From the NCBI GenBank assembly GCA_000091205.1, contig AP006485.2: a stretch of 64,000 nt of DNA; one strand, written 5' to 3'. A program made the translations under genes and the position numbers. This DNA is from Cyanidioschyzon merolae. Its lineage: Eukaryota. The notes below the pieces were generated by a model. The model did no database searches. It saw only the letters and a list, made by a program, of their open reading frames with translations, and was not told the DNA's origin. Positions 32,539 to 43,507 of the stretch are shown here, piece after piece (the stretch's first letter is position 1; each line of letters begins with the position of its first letter).

Positions 32539-33266
32539 GATGCGGATTCTTGCAGTCACCGCCCCAGCTCACGGTTGCTTTCGAGAGCACCCAACCGTCT
32601 CAATCAGAACGCTACCGCGCTACAGGCTGCTGCTCGGCCGGTGAACCGAAGCACCGCACCAGAAGACGTACAGCAGCAGCAGCAGCAGCAACTACTATTA
32701 TCGACTACCAACCAATCAACCAACCACCAGCTGCTGGGCGTCCACAGTTCTTCGACACAGCGCGGACCTGTGGCGCTTGTTAAATAAAGTCCCTGTCAAC
32801 GTTAGAAGCGTTCCCCTCGAAAGCCGCCTCTGGAATGATATGCAACGACGTCGTGTTGCCGTCGTATGGCGCCCTGTGAGGCGCGCACGGATATGTGTGC
32901 AACGCATTGATCCGTGACGCGCACGCACGCACGCATGCGTGCGTGTATGCGTGCGTGCGCGATGTTGCCGCGTTGCCGCGTTGCCGCCGCCGCCGTCGTT
33001 GTCGGTGCCACGCGATGTGTGACACCGATCCGGGTAGCCCGTTCGGCATGCAGCCGATGGCGAATACGCCGTCGTTGTCTACCCCGCGAGCACCCAATGC
33101 TCTATGTGATCAGTGACACGATAAATGCGCTACGACCCTGACAGGTGTATATATCTATCGATGGACAGGCGCCTCTTGGTCTTGTTTGACCGACTTTGTG
33201 CTATCGGCTGCAGCTTCTCGTTGTGCACTTCGAGCATCAGAGGGTGCCTCACAACGTAGGTTCGCC

Positions 33267-33864
33267 TCAGCTTCGCGGGTCTCTGCTCTTCAGCACCACC
33301 CATCGTCCGATACTCATGGCGGTGTTTAAGTCTCTGTTCAAGAATTTCATAGGTTTATTGCCGCTGGGTGGTTTCAGCAATGCAAGGATTCCTAGTGGTC
33401 GCACGCTATGCGCTATTAGAGTCTCGTCGACGTCCTGTCGGGGAAACATCTTTTCTCGACTATCCCCCTTCTTCTTCTTCTCTTCAATGGTCATGAATCA
33501 TGGATAGTATGGAGGAAAGGAAAGCAGCTCTATCCCGATAGATTCGGCAAAAGCCTGGACGCATGGGGAATGGTGAGATGCAACGTTGTCCGGTAGAAGG
33601 ACGCCGCCATTCGTCAGATGATTCTTCAGTGATTCGATAACGTGGTTGGTGCTCTTGTATGAGCCTTCTCTACGACCCCAAGCTGAAGCCGCCAAATGAA
33701 TCCACTGCAGCTGGAACAGATGATGGTGTCCTCGTTCTCTTCGAATTCGATCCTGAATTCCACGGACGCCCTCTATGCCAGTACGCGTGAAAGCTCCGAC
33801 AATTTCGTCTGAAAAAAAAAAGTCCCTTGCACTCAGAAAAGGATTCAAAATCCTTGTGCATCAT
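33267..33864 (-). pseudogene. Tc1/mariner-superfamily (DD34E-spaced) transposase relic
   Basis: ORFs 33498..33848 and 33267..33494 share a frame and are separated by TGA 33498-33500: ...FFFSDEIVGAF...GGVLLPDNVASHHSPCVQAFAESIGIELLSFPPYYP*FMTIEEKKKK. This gives the DE / DN..H / P(D)xxxIE pattern, with 34 residues between the second Asp and the Glu. The stop occupies the position of the Asp in Tc1 SPDLNPIE. The upstream part is frame-shifted around an A10 run (33813-33822) and may extend to about 34090. Confidence 0.6.
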
Positions 33865-34658
33865 ACCAATCGCTGAGTTCCAGGAACGAATTCGTTACTT
33901 TTTCGGTAGAAAATTGCTATGCATGAACTGGAACTATTTTTGCGAATGTATACCGCTGTTTTCAGGACAACCCGAACAAGCCATTAAGCAACAGAGACGC
34001 CTCTGGTGGCTAGGATCATTGCGTTTGCTTTCCATAGGGTCATCAACGCGCTTTTTTCTACCACAGTCCATAAGCAATCTCTAAATATATCGGGTTTTGG
34101 CACGGAATGCATATGCTTCCTTCTTTCAATATGTATGAACCATCTGAGTTCTAACGTATGACTGACCTGAAGGACGCATGCAATGCTCCCCGCACTTTTC
34201 AGTAAAGAATCTCTACCCTACATTCAATTCGTCTACGATATATGCAAAAAATGCCTAGTGATTCCGACCTCCCGCTACATACCGCGAAAACGCATTCCAA
34301 GAAATTCAGCAAGGGTGCAACACAATTGAGTTGAAAGACTATAAGGTGCAACGGGTGCACGCCCGGATACCCAGCGCCGCGGCACGGCCGATGCCTTACG
34401 TTGAGGCATTGCCTGCTGCGCAGTGCAACCTTATAGTTCGAGACTTCTGGTACTAGCTTTTTGCAGAAACTTGTCTGGGATACCATACACAAACAGATAA
34501 ACTTGGGACACGATTGCACCCGGCTGCGCGTCGTGCAGGAGCTCGAAAACGTGGTTGCAACGCCACCGCACGCTGAACCTGCGGAGCGTTCTTGGCGAAC
34601 AGGACGCGACTGGGAGTCCCATTTACTGTTGGCTGGATCAACGTGACTCACGCTTATC

Positions 34659-35612
34659 ATGAGCGCTCAAGAAGCGGTGCAACGACCGCTTCCTAACTAT
34701 CTGCAGTTCGTTTTCGGCGGACTGGCAGGCATGGGTGCGACGCTTCTGGTGCAGCCGTTCGACGTCGTGAAAACACGCATGCAGTTGACGCAATCAGTCC
34801 AAGGCGCTCAGGCTCCAGGTCCGCTGTACGTGCTCCGCGCGATTGTTGTCCAGGAGGGCGCCTCAAAACTCTATGCGGGCTTATCAGCGGGGCTGTTCCG
34901 CCAGATCACTTACACGACGACGCGTCTCGGGGTATACGGTGTTCTTCTCGAAGAACTCACCCGTATTCGAAAAGCCCAGCAGGCGAGCTCGGCTCACGAC
35001 GGCGAGTCCCAGCGGCAGGGCGTTGCACTGCCCTTCAGCTGGAAAGCTGGCGCTGGACTCACCGCTGGTACTATTGGAGCATTGGTCGGCACGCCTGCGG
35101 AGGTGGCGCTCATTCGGATGATGGCAGACGGACGACTGCCCCCAGAGCGACGACGAAACTATCGGTCTGTCTTCGATGCCCTGATTCGCATCGTACGCGA
35201 AGAAGGCATTATGACACTGTGGCGGGGAGCTTTGCCGACGGTAGGGCGCGCAGCGCTGCTCAATATGGCGCAACTCGGTACGTATTCCCAGGCGAAGGAG
35301 ATGATTTTGAGCACTGGGCTCGTTGGGGATCATCTCGGAACCCATGTCTTGGCATCGACGTGTAGCGGCTTTGCAGCTACGTGTATTTCCTTGCCTCTCG
35401 ATAACGCTAAGACGAAGCTGCAGCATATGCGGGATCGTGAGTACGCCGGAATGCTGGATGCGCTGTTGAAGACTTCACGTTCTGAGGGCATTCCTGCGCT
35501 TTGGAGGGGGTTCATGCCCTACTTTTTGCGTTTAACACCGCACACCATTGGAGCATTCGTCTTACTCGAGCAGTTGAAGAAGCTCTATTTTACGTGGCGC
35601 CAAGTGTTGTAG
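34659..35612 (+). CDS. Mitochondrial carrier family protein, 2-oxoglutarate/malate (dicarboxylate) carrier-like
   Basis: ATG at 34659. It has three carrier repeats with PFDVVKTRMQ, PAEVALIRMM and PLDNAKTKLQ signatures. YRSVFDALIRIVREEGIMTLWRGALPTVGRAALLNMAQLGTYSQAKE closely follows the OGC wording. Confidence 0.8.
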   Translation: MSAQEAVQRPLPNYLQFVFGGLAGMGATLLVQPFDVVKTRMQLTQSVQGAQAPGPLYVLRAIVVQEGASKLYAGLSAGLFRQITYTTTRLGVYGVLLEELTRIRKAQQASSAHDGESQRQGVALPFSWKAGAGLTAGTIGALVGTPAEVALIRMMADGRLPPERRRNYRSVFDALIRIVREEGIMTLWRGALPTVGRAALLNMAQLGTYSQAKEMILSTGLVGDHLGTHVLASTCSGFAATCISLPLDNAKTKLQHMRDREYAGMLDALLKTSRSEGIPALWRGFMPYFLRLTPHTIGAFVLLEQLKKLYFTWRQVL

Positions 35613-36448
35613 CAAAAAATAGAATCTACACGGGGCGTATGATGAACCGAATCTCGGTCCAAGTTTTCCGGGGCAGGACAAAGACCAGACGCTTTGGACG
35701 GATTCTGCTCGCCAGAGTCGCGCATGTGAGGCTTGCGTACATTGCGCTTTGTTTTTTGCTCGCGTTAATGCCACCTGGGTGCACCGGCTCATGCGCAAAC
35801 TACATGTCGCTGGCATTCGCGTCGGCACGCTCCGCAGCGATGCTAGTCGTACGAAGGCGCTAACGCAACGCGAGTATGATATGAACGTCATACGAGGTTT
35901 TTTGATCACGTGTTGCAACGATACGTTCGCAACAGAAGCGAGCATGTCCAGGGACAGCTCGAATGAACAAAATGCGCATTCTACTGGCAACTAGAATGCA
36001 GAGGTTCCAGGTTTTATAGGTGCCGGTGCTGGTCGCTTGCAGCTGCGTCAAGTCATCGCTGCAATCAATGCAGTGCCGGGCACTTATTCCCCAAAATGCC
36101 GTGACGATATGCTCGTTTCATTAGATGGCTGATAATTGAGACCGTCGCGATGGAAGCGGCCCCCAAAATCAAACACAACGCTCTGTAATGGGCCGCATTC
36201 CAGGCTTGGTTCGCCTCATGAGGTAGTGTTGCCGCTTGCCATACAGCGCGACGCTGCAGTAGCGTCACAGCCGTCCTGTTTCGGGGCTCGAGGCTTTCCT
36301 TGGTATCAGCTGCGCATGCGATGATGTGGACACCCGCAAAAACGTGCGCGGTGCCGCCTCCACAATGAAGAAGCAACGCACCGAAACGCCGCGCATGTGC
36401 ACAGGCTCTCGAAGCACCGGGAGTCTTGCGAGTGAGAGTCTCACTCAG

Positions 36449-37684
36449 TCAGCGCTTGGTCGCATGCGCGGGTGCACCATTCCCCGCGGAGTCGGTCTGG
36501 TCGAGCGCCAGAGCGGCTCGTAGCATCTCGTGCAATGCATCTCCACCGTCAAGGACACTCTCTGCGTCACTGCAGGTGAGGCCCGTGCGCAAGTCTTTCA
36601 CCAAGGTAAACGGACTCAGAATATAGGAACGAACGAGGCGATCTGCACTGCCAAAGCCGGCGCTACCGCCGTGATGTGTCATTGACGCCTGTCGTTGCCT
36701 TCTTTCCTGCAGATAGCGCTCACGGAGTTTCGATCGGAGCACATATAGCGCTCGAGCCTTGTTCTGGTGCTGCGAACGCTCGCTCCGACAGGTTACCACG
36801 ATGCCACTCGGTCGATGGGTGATTCGCACTGCAGAGTCCGTCTTATTCACGTGTTGGCCACCGGCGCCCGAGGAGCGCATCGTCTCGATGAGCAAATCGT
36901 CGGGATGAATGTTGAGCGCTTGTAACGCTTCTGATGCGACTTCTTCTTCATCCAGTAGCGGTATGATCGACACACTTGCAAAGCTCGTGTGACGCCTCTG
37001 GGACGCGTCAAAAGGCGAATGACGAACCAGGCGGTGAATACCGGCCTCGCCACGGAGCCAAGCGGTAGCCCAGGCGAGTCCATCGGTGCCGCTGCGTACA
37101 AAGAGGGCAGCATAGCGAAGTCCGGCGACTTCACCCGGGCTCGAGTCCGTGAGCTTCACTTCTTGGAAACGCAGGGATCGACTCGCCGCCGCAGACTCTG
37201 CCCATCTCTGGTACATGCGAACGAGCATACTACACCAGTCCATGGCCTCAGTACCACCTGCACCTGCCCGGACCTCAACCAGGCAAGAGCGGTGGAGGTC
37301 GGAGGGTTCATCGGCGCTTTCGCTCCGCGTACTCGCCCCATGAAGAAGCGCCATTGCTTCAATTCGCTGCGATCTAAGACGCAGTGCCTCTATCTCATCA
37401 CGAAAGAGAGCACCAGAGTCCGTTGTCGCACTCCCTTCCTCTGAGCAGAGCGTCAAACAGGCCTGAACTTCTGCAGAAAGCGTATCGACTTCGGAAACGA
37501 GGCGCTGTAGCTCAGCTCTTTCGCGAAGCAGCAAAGCACCCTGCTTCGCAGCGCGGGCTGTACTCCAGGTGCCTGGTTGGAGGCATGCGTTTTCGAGCTC
37601 GCGTAGGCGACGAACCAACTGCGGATAGCGCAGGCGCTGACGAACGAGCGCTAAGGAGCGCTGTATGGCTTCTAGGTCCCGCAC
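36449..37684 (-). CDS. prfB: Organellar bacterial-type peptide chain release factor 2 (SPF/GGQ); 5' end unresolved
   Basis: Motifs: GAGGTEAMDWCSMLVRMYQRWAE, the RF2 SPF tripeptide in GIHRLVRHSPFDASQRRHTSFASV, and the GGQ motif in RSSGAGGQHVNKTDSAVRITHRPSGIVV. The track start is GTG at 37684, and the first in-frame ATG is codon 107. Confidence 0.75.
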   Translation of the reverse strand: MRDLEAIQRSLALVRQRLRYPQLVRRLRELENACLQPGTWSTARAAKQGALLLRERAELQRLVSEVDTLSAEVQACLTLCSEEGSATTDSGALFRDEIEALRLRSQRIEAMALLHGASTRSESADEPSDLHRSCLVEVRAGAGGTEAMDWCSMLVRMYQRWAESAAASRSLRFQEVKLTDSSPGEVAGLRYAALFVRSGTDGLAWATAWLRGEAGIHRLVRHSPFDASQRRHTSFASVSIIPLLDEEEVASEALQALNIHPDDLLIETMRSSGAGGQHVNKTDSAVRITHRPSGIVVTCRSERSQHQNKARALYVLRSKLRERYLQERRQRQASMTHHGGSAGFGSADRLVRSYILSPFTLVKDLRTGLTCSDAESVLDGGDALHEMLRAALALDQTDSAGNGAPAHATKR

Positions 37685-38000
37685 CTCGACTGCTGAAGCG
37701 CAACGTGCGCGTCAAGCGCTGTATCACGAAAAAGAATCACAGCTTGATGCTTCAAAAAGAGGCGCCAACCGTCACCACGAAACGTAACCTGTTGTTTTTC
37801 CAACGCGGCATCCAGCGCGTGCGGTACAGTTCGACGCTGCCGAACGCTGTACGCGGAGCGTCAACGTGGACGTTCATGGAACTTGCGGAGAAAGCATTGG
37901 GAAACTCCAACTTTATCAGATTAGAATTGAGGCCTGAGCTCGTCTTTCTGTTCTTGTGTTGTAATTTTTTTCTTTACTTGTTCAGATGTACAGCGATGAG

Positions 38001-39242
38001 ATGCGAAATGCAGCAGGTAGGAGCGTGTAGATTCATGAGTAGTTTTCTGTCGATCGGTCGCCATTTTTTCGCGGAATGCCTCCTTTGACGCTGTACCGCT
38101 GGAATTTGTTACGTTACAGGGATCGAGGGGATTCACGACGCAATCGAATAAAGATTCGTAGAATATTCGATATAATGATCCGAGTCACTGGTTCAAGCTC
38201 CCACGCTTTAAAGTTCCGTACGTGAAGCACGCGTTAATCGTGCACTCTTCAACGCTTCAGTGTTGCTCTCTCACGGCACCCTAGGGGCGAAGCGATTCGT
38301 GTCGCTAGATTATCGAGCAATACCAGAACCCTGACGTCGTCCATGGACGACTCGTTCACAAACTCATGACCATTGCTCACGTCACTTGTCGCTTCGAATG
38401 GTCCATTGCATTCGAAAGACAAATGCTTGTCTCTTCGCGCTCATCGGCGAGACGGCATTCCAGAGCAGCAGGGTACCGTATGATGTGGTGCGCTGCTTGC
38501 GGGGCTCCCGCCTCTTCTGTTTGCTTGGGAAAGGATTCGGTACTAGAACTGGAGTCATCCGAGCGATCGATTCCAGTAGGGTGTGCGTCACCGTTTCGCA
38601 CGAAGGGAGCGTAGACAGACCGAAATTTCTTGACCCGTTTTCCAGCTTGGATCTTGTTTCTGGTAATTGTTCCATCGTCAATAACATTGCGTTTCGCAAA
38701 TCCGCTATCGAACGGAACTGCGTTCACTCTCGTATGCATCGAATAGTGTACTTGCCGAGGGGATTGCCACGCACAAGCCCCGTGATCGTGGGGTACAGTT
38801 GACGCTGCAAAAAAAAGGAGGCGTGCATGGAGCGTACCCTTCAGTAGCAGTCATGGACATGTACGGGGGCGTGAAGCAAGCGTTTCCACGCCCCAGCGCG
38901 GCGCACGGAGGAAATGAGGTGGATATAGAGGGACACACCTGACCATAACACGATATGACTGATGGAAAGGTCGCACAGCGCCTTTGTACAAACAAGCTCA
39001 ACAATGGAACAGCTACGTCGATCGCAATTTTTACTTACGTATTGACTGCGTCGACAACAGGTTGAAGCTGCAAAATCAGGATTTGCACACTGCCATAAAC
39101 ACCCTTCACCTGTTGACAAGTTAGCTCCCAGGAAAGCATTGAGCATCTTGTTCAAAGTCGGTATGGAAGAGGAAGCAGAAGCAGTCGCAAGAGAAACCCC
39201 ACCAAGACTATTATTGATGACAGTGCGAAGAGATCCAAACGT
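38001..39242 (-). repeat. Dispersed repeat family A, copy A3 (inverted relative to A1/A2)
   Basis: Its reverse complement is colinear with A1 10303..11545. Divergence points are sharp at both ends. It lies about 320 bp upstream of the RF2 ORF. Confidence 0.8.
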
Positions 39243-40587
39243 TATTCTTTGTGCCGTATTAGATGACTCGTTCCATTATATTCTGACGTGGGGGAACGCA
39301 GAGAGATTCGCATGAAGCTGCATCATGGTGAGCGCTGGCGAAAACACGGGACCAAGCATGACGCTATCCGCAGAGCGCCCCCGCTGCGCTGAAATACTAA
39401 CGCTTTGCTGTGTTCGTGCCGCGCTTGGATCTCCGGGGCGCCTTTGCAGTATAACGGCAGCAGAAACGCGTACGTCATGCACTGGGGACGCGCTCAGGTT
39501 GCTGGCGTCTGTTCAAAAGCTGGTTCTTAATCAACGTTCTTTGGTGTCAGCGTCTAACTGAAGCTAAACGCTGCGCTGGTGCAACTTGAGCGCTGCCAGT
39601 ATTTTTCTGGAAATCGTAAAAGCCATCACTCTCATTCAAATAAGCTAAAGAACGCTGTCCAACCAGAGCGAACGTCTCGTGGCGCTAGCGTACATCTGGG
39701 TTCGAGGTCAGAGCTCCGAACTACTGCTTGAACGAACTGGAAGTTTCTGTCGTAGGCGCCTGATGACGGCTCTCATTCGATTGCAACCGGGTGCCTAGGC
39801 GGTGACCTGGATTCAGTGTTTTGGTCCCTGAAAACGCCAGGGTCGCTCCAAAGGTAAGCAAAGATAGAGATCATTCACGTGCAATACATCGCCTCAATAG
39901 CGGATCCGATCCAGTGTTCCGCTCTCCAAGTCGCAAACGATAGAGGTGCAGTGACCCATCAGACTCCCTGCTGCAGAATGAACACACATACGCACATACA
40001 CAGACAAACAGCGCTGGACACGAGACTCATTCCATGTCGGAATCGATCGGAATGTGCTGTTTCCATTATTGGCGTCGGCGTTCTATGGTCAACCTCATTC
40101 AAAGACTCGTCTCTCTATGACGTGTCGTCATACAGCTCTACCACGGGCCGTTGCGGGTATCGAAGTTTTGACTTTGCATCGGCGACGAGGTGGTTTCAGG
40201 AAACAGGTCTCATTCGGACCGTCTCCAGCGAACGGCAGGTTTGACGCTTCCGCTTTACATCAAAAGAAATCAGACAGAGGCTAGCAGGTACGCCAAAGCA
40301 CGCACCTCAAGGCATACGCTGAGCGTGCTTATGAGGAACCACACTCGATGAACGGGTCAAAGACTAGTGCGCTCGGATGTACGCGTGTCCAGCCATGACG
40401 AATTTTCCGCCAGCAGATGCGTCCATCGACATGCTTCCGCCCAGCCGAGCAGGTCTCGTCGAGAAGCCGCCGTTCTGAGCACTACGCCTTGGATATGGCG
40501 AGCATCTGCCAGAGACCACGCTCATCAGCTGCCGAGAAACCATGGACATCATAAACAGAGGCTCGGTGCTGCGGTGAAACGAGAACG

Positions 40588-41811
40588 CTAACTCCGTCGG
40601 AGTATTGACGTAACGGCGGCTACGCAAGCGTCTTGGTTCTCGTTACGATAGGGCTGACCCCCGTGCACCATTGCAGTGAAAGGGCTCGTCTTGGAGACCA
40701 GTTCAGGGCACCACGCTCGACTTCCATAGTTCTGTATCCAGTCCGTGTACACGAACAGATGCGCATAGACGCGCCACCAGCTATCGTGTGCCGTCGCCAT
40801 ACGCCAGCGCTGCATGGCACTATCGAAGGGCTCATCAGGAAAGCGAGTCGCCATCCCTCGCAGCACAGTATGGGTGAAGCACGGATCACCCAGTCGATAC
40901 ACAGCATTGCCGTTCAGATGGTGATCATGAGGCCAGGTCACGCACCAACGATGTCGCTGGTAGAGGGGCGCACTCCCCATGACCCAGAAAGGGTGCCGCT
41001 TCGCCACAGATCGATGAAGCATAGGTAGAAAGCACGGACGAAGCGCGTATACGTCGGGTTCAAGCCAAACAAAGTAGTCGTACTGAAGCGCGAGCCCCAT
41101 CGGGTGGATCCTGTGCTCCTCGTGGCGACTCGTGCTCCCGGGTACGTGGTATAGGTCAAAAAGCGCATAGAATAGATTCGCTGTCCCACGAGAAATATGC
41201 CGCCTACGCCAGCGACTGAAATAGTAGGCGTCGGCGTAGTCGCTGAGGTTCGCGAACCGAAGCAGCACCCGCGAGAAAACTTGCTCTGAACGAAACGTCT
41301 CGTTTCGGACAGAGTCCAAGACTAGTTGCACTTGTTCCCGCTGGAGGCAATTAGTCTCTGCTCGACTACAGAACAGCAGCAGGTCGGACGCATAAGCGGT
41401 TTCCGCGCAAGCGCTCGCTTGGCGAAGCCACTGCCGCAGCGTCTCCAGTACCTGTGGTGCCTGCTTGGGCGGGTACGGCACGACGAGCAGCACGTTCGGC
41501 CGCGACGACCTGTTCGTCGTCAAGAGTGTTGTGCGCGGAACACAGCGTGCATAGAGCGCACCGCTCTGGTTATCTAGCCAGGGAGCATCGCTGCCGGAGG
41601 CCGTCGTGCGCGCGCCCCAGTCTCCCATACGAAGACGTGGAAACGTGCCGTCATACCAGCACAGCACTTGTACAACGAGCAGAAACCAGACAATCACTCC
41701 CCATAGACTACCTATGAACTGGGTCAAATGTCGTCGCTCAGTAGTCCGTCGGAAGCGTGACTCTTTGGCGCTGCGAAGGGACGCTCGCGACAACGCCGGT
41801 GCTCGACGCAT
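40588..41811 (-). CDS. Type II membrane protein, possible glycosyltransferase-like lumenal domain (family not recognised)
   Basis: The track start at 41883 is TTG; the first ATG is at 41811. A basic N-terminus is followed by one hydrophobic span (FIGSLWGVIVWFLLVVQVLCW). A long Trp/His/Tyr-rich domain follows (YDYFVWLEPDVYALRPCFLP...HLNGNAVYRLGDP). The function call is weak. Confidence 0.4.
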   Translation of the reverse strand: MRRAPALSRASLRSAKESRFRRTTERRHLTQFIGSLWGVIVWFLLVVQVLCWYDGTFPRLRMGDWGARTTASGSDAPWLDNQSGALYARCVPRTTLLTTNRSSRPNVLLVVPYPPKQAPQVLETLRQWLRQASACAETAYASDLLLFCSRAETNCLQREQVQLVLDSVRNETFRSEQVFSRVLLRFANLSDYADAYYFSRWRRRHISRGTANLFYALFDLYHVPGSTSRHEEHRIHPMGLALQYDYFVWLEPDVYALRPCFLPMLHRSVAKRHPFWVMGSAPLYQRHRWCVTWPHDHHLNGNAVYRLGDPCFTHTVLRGMATRFPDEPFDSAMQRWRMATAHDSWWRVYAHLFVYTDWIQNYGSRAWCPELVSKTSPFTAMVHGGQPYRNENQDACVAAVTSILRRS

Positions 41812-42073
41812 GCACAGGACGCAGCGCGCGTTCCCCAGAGACAAGACACACAAACTGTCCACGGGACGAAAGAAGTTAGACAATATTTTTATAGAGTCTC
41901 AAGAAGCGCAAGGATCGTGTCATGGTGTCCGCCTGCTCCCTTGGGTAACCGTAGACACGCGCGAGCGCTGAGCGATAACGGTGCGCAGGGAGCGCCGGCC
42001 GGCAGGCAGCATATTCGCCCATCAGCGTTCGACAACGCCCGAGCACGTTGATTGCTTCTTCTGTGCGGTGTCT

Positions 42074-43507
42074 ATGTTCGTGGAGCCGGAGTTTCTTTGC
42101 TCTGGTCGTATCTGGAGCTGGGATTCGGCGACAGCGTCAGTGGGAAGACCACGAAGCTGTTGCCGGTGGCTCACTTCACGGAAACAGAGCCAGTTCGAGG
42201 GTGTCGGTTGCCAGCCGTGTCGAACGCGGTCTCGTAGGGTGTTCCACGACTCGCGGTGCTGCTGCTGCTGCTGCTGGGCCGTGGGGTTGCGACCAGGCTA
42301 CCGAAAGTGGTCTGATCCGGATCGTCAGCACAGTGCTCGCCTCGAACGTCGTTTCGAGTTGGTTGCTGTTGTGGATAAGGACGCGGGTAGTTCGGAGCGT
42401 CCAGTACGCTGGAACCTCAGCGGTATTCCGCCACCACCGCCAGCCGCTCGCCAATGGATTGCGCAACCAAAACCATCAAGTGCTGAAAGCGACTACATCA
42501 ATCGGGCACCGCTCTTTTCTAAAGTACTTCGCACGCACTGTTTCGCGCTACCGTGGTCTGCTCTCGTGGAGCTGCGTGCGCGTGCCGCCGACGACATCGA
42601 CATCGACAACGCGGCACGCCTGGCAGCAACGGCTTCGACCAGTGTGCATGCTACCCTGTACCAGGGCAGTGTACCAACTGAGCCATATCCGCGGACTTTT
42701 ACAAGAAGCGGGCTCGTGTTGGAGGCCGGTAACGCCGGCACCCTCAAAAGGCGCCGAAACGCCCCGCAAGTGCCGGCACTGGTGACCGCGGAGCGCCAAC
42801 TGCCGCTTGGCGTGCTCATTGATCCTAACGCTGATGATCCTGCTATTGCAGTTTTCATAGCAGCTCGGCAACCGCGCTTTGGTAAGGAGCAAAATCGTCA
42901 AAAGCCGGCAGTGATCGCTGTAGCTGCGGTTGCCGCATCACCTCTTGGTATCGCGAATGGCGTCCTTGATGCTACCGTCGATGCACTCGTGGACATCGTT
43001 CGACGTCTGGATCCCTCGTTGCCGTCGACATCGGTTCATGAGCGAGCGATTCGAAGGTCTATGGTTGCAGCGATAGGGCCGAACCCTGCGACTGCAGATT
43101 ACGGGTTCGTCACGGTTCGTTCGGATGTGCTGAATGCGATCTTCTTGCCGTGGGAGGATCGCCCGCATGTCGGCCTGTCACGCCGCTGCTATTTCGTTCA
43201 CGATATTCAAAACGATGTGCATTCAGTGATCTGTCGGAGCCGACGTACGCGTCTATCCTTTACGTTTCTGGCGCAGCGTCTGACGGGGCGTCACCGGAGC
43301 CTGGCGAACCCGTTACCAGCGACAAGCGAGTCGCATGGTATCCAGTTCCCGTTGCAAGAGTGGTATCTTCGACTCGCGCCGCTTGTTTACGAACGATTGC
43401 GCTGCATTGGCGTTGGACAAGTTGAGCTGACGCGCGTGCTTTTGCCGCGCGTGCCGATCACATCTCGCGAGGATACGCGTCATTTTTCCTACATCGTTTT
43501 GGAGTGA
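42074..43507 (+). CDS. Hypothetical protein (long ORF, no recognised domain)
   Basis: The 508-codon ORF 41981..43507 starts at GTG in the track; the first ATG is at 42074. Support is ORF length only, in a GC-rich region where long spurious ORFs also occur. Confidence 0.3.
   Translation: MFVEPEFLCSGRIWSWDSATASVGRPRSCCRWLTSRKQSQFEGVGCQPCRTRSRRVFHDSRCCCCCCWAVGLRPGYRKWSDPDRQHSARLERRFELVAVVDKDAGSSERPVRWNLSGIPPPPPAARQWIAQPKPSSAESDYINRAPLFSKVLRTHCFALPWSALVELRARAADDIDIDNAARLAATASTSVHATLYQGSVPTEPYPRTFTRSGLVLEAGNAGTLKRRRNAPQVPALVTAERQLPLGVLIDPNADDPAIAVFIAARQPRFGKEQNRQKPAVIAVAAVAASPLGIANGVLDATVDALVDIVRRLDPSLPSTSVHERAIRRSMVAAIGPNPATADYGFVTVRSDVLNAIFLPWEDRPHVGLSRRCYFVHDIQNDVHSVICRSRRTRLSFTFLAQRLTGRHRSLANPLPATSESHGIQFPLQEWYLRLAPLVYERLRCIGVGQVELTRVLLPRVPITSREDTRHFSYIVLE

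Noticed and set aside
37712-37877. A bacterial prfB-style programmed +1 frameshift joining the upstream 41-codon ORF to the RF2 body.
   Set aside because: The direction (+1) fits, but the +1 frame contains stops at 37724-37726 and 37712-37714 downstream of the upstream ORF's TGA. There is also no CUU UGA-type slippery context. A single programmed shift cannot produce full-length RF2. The anomaly is kept as a finding with other explanations.
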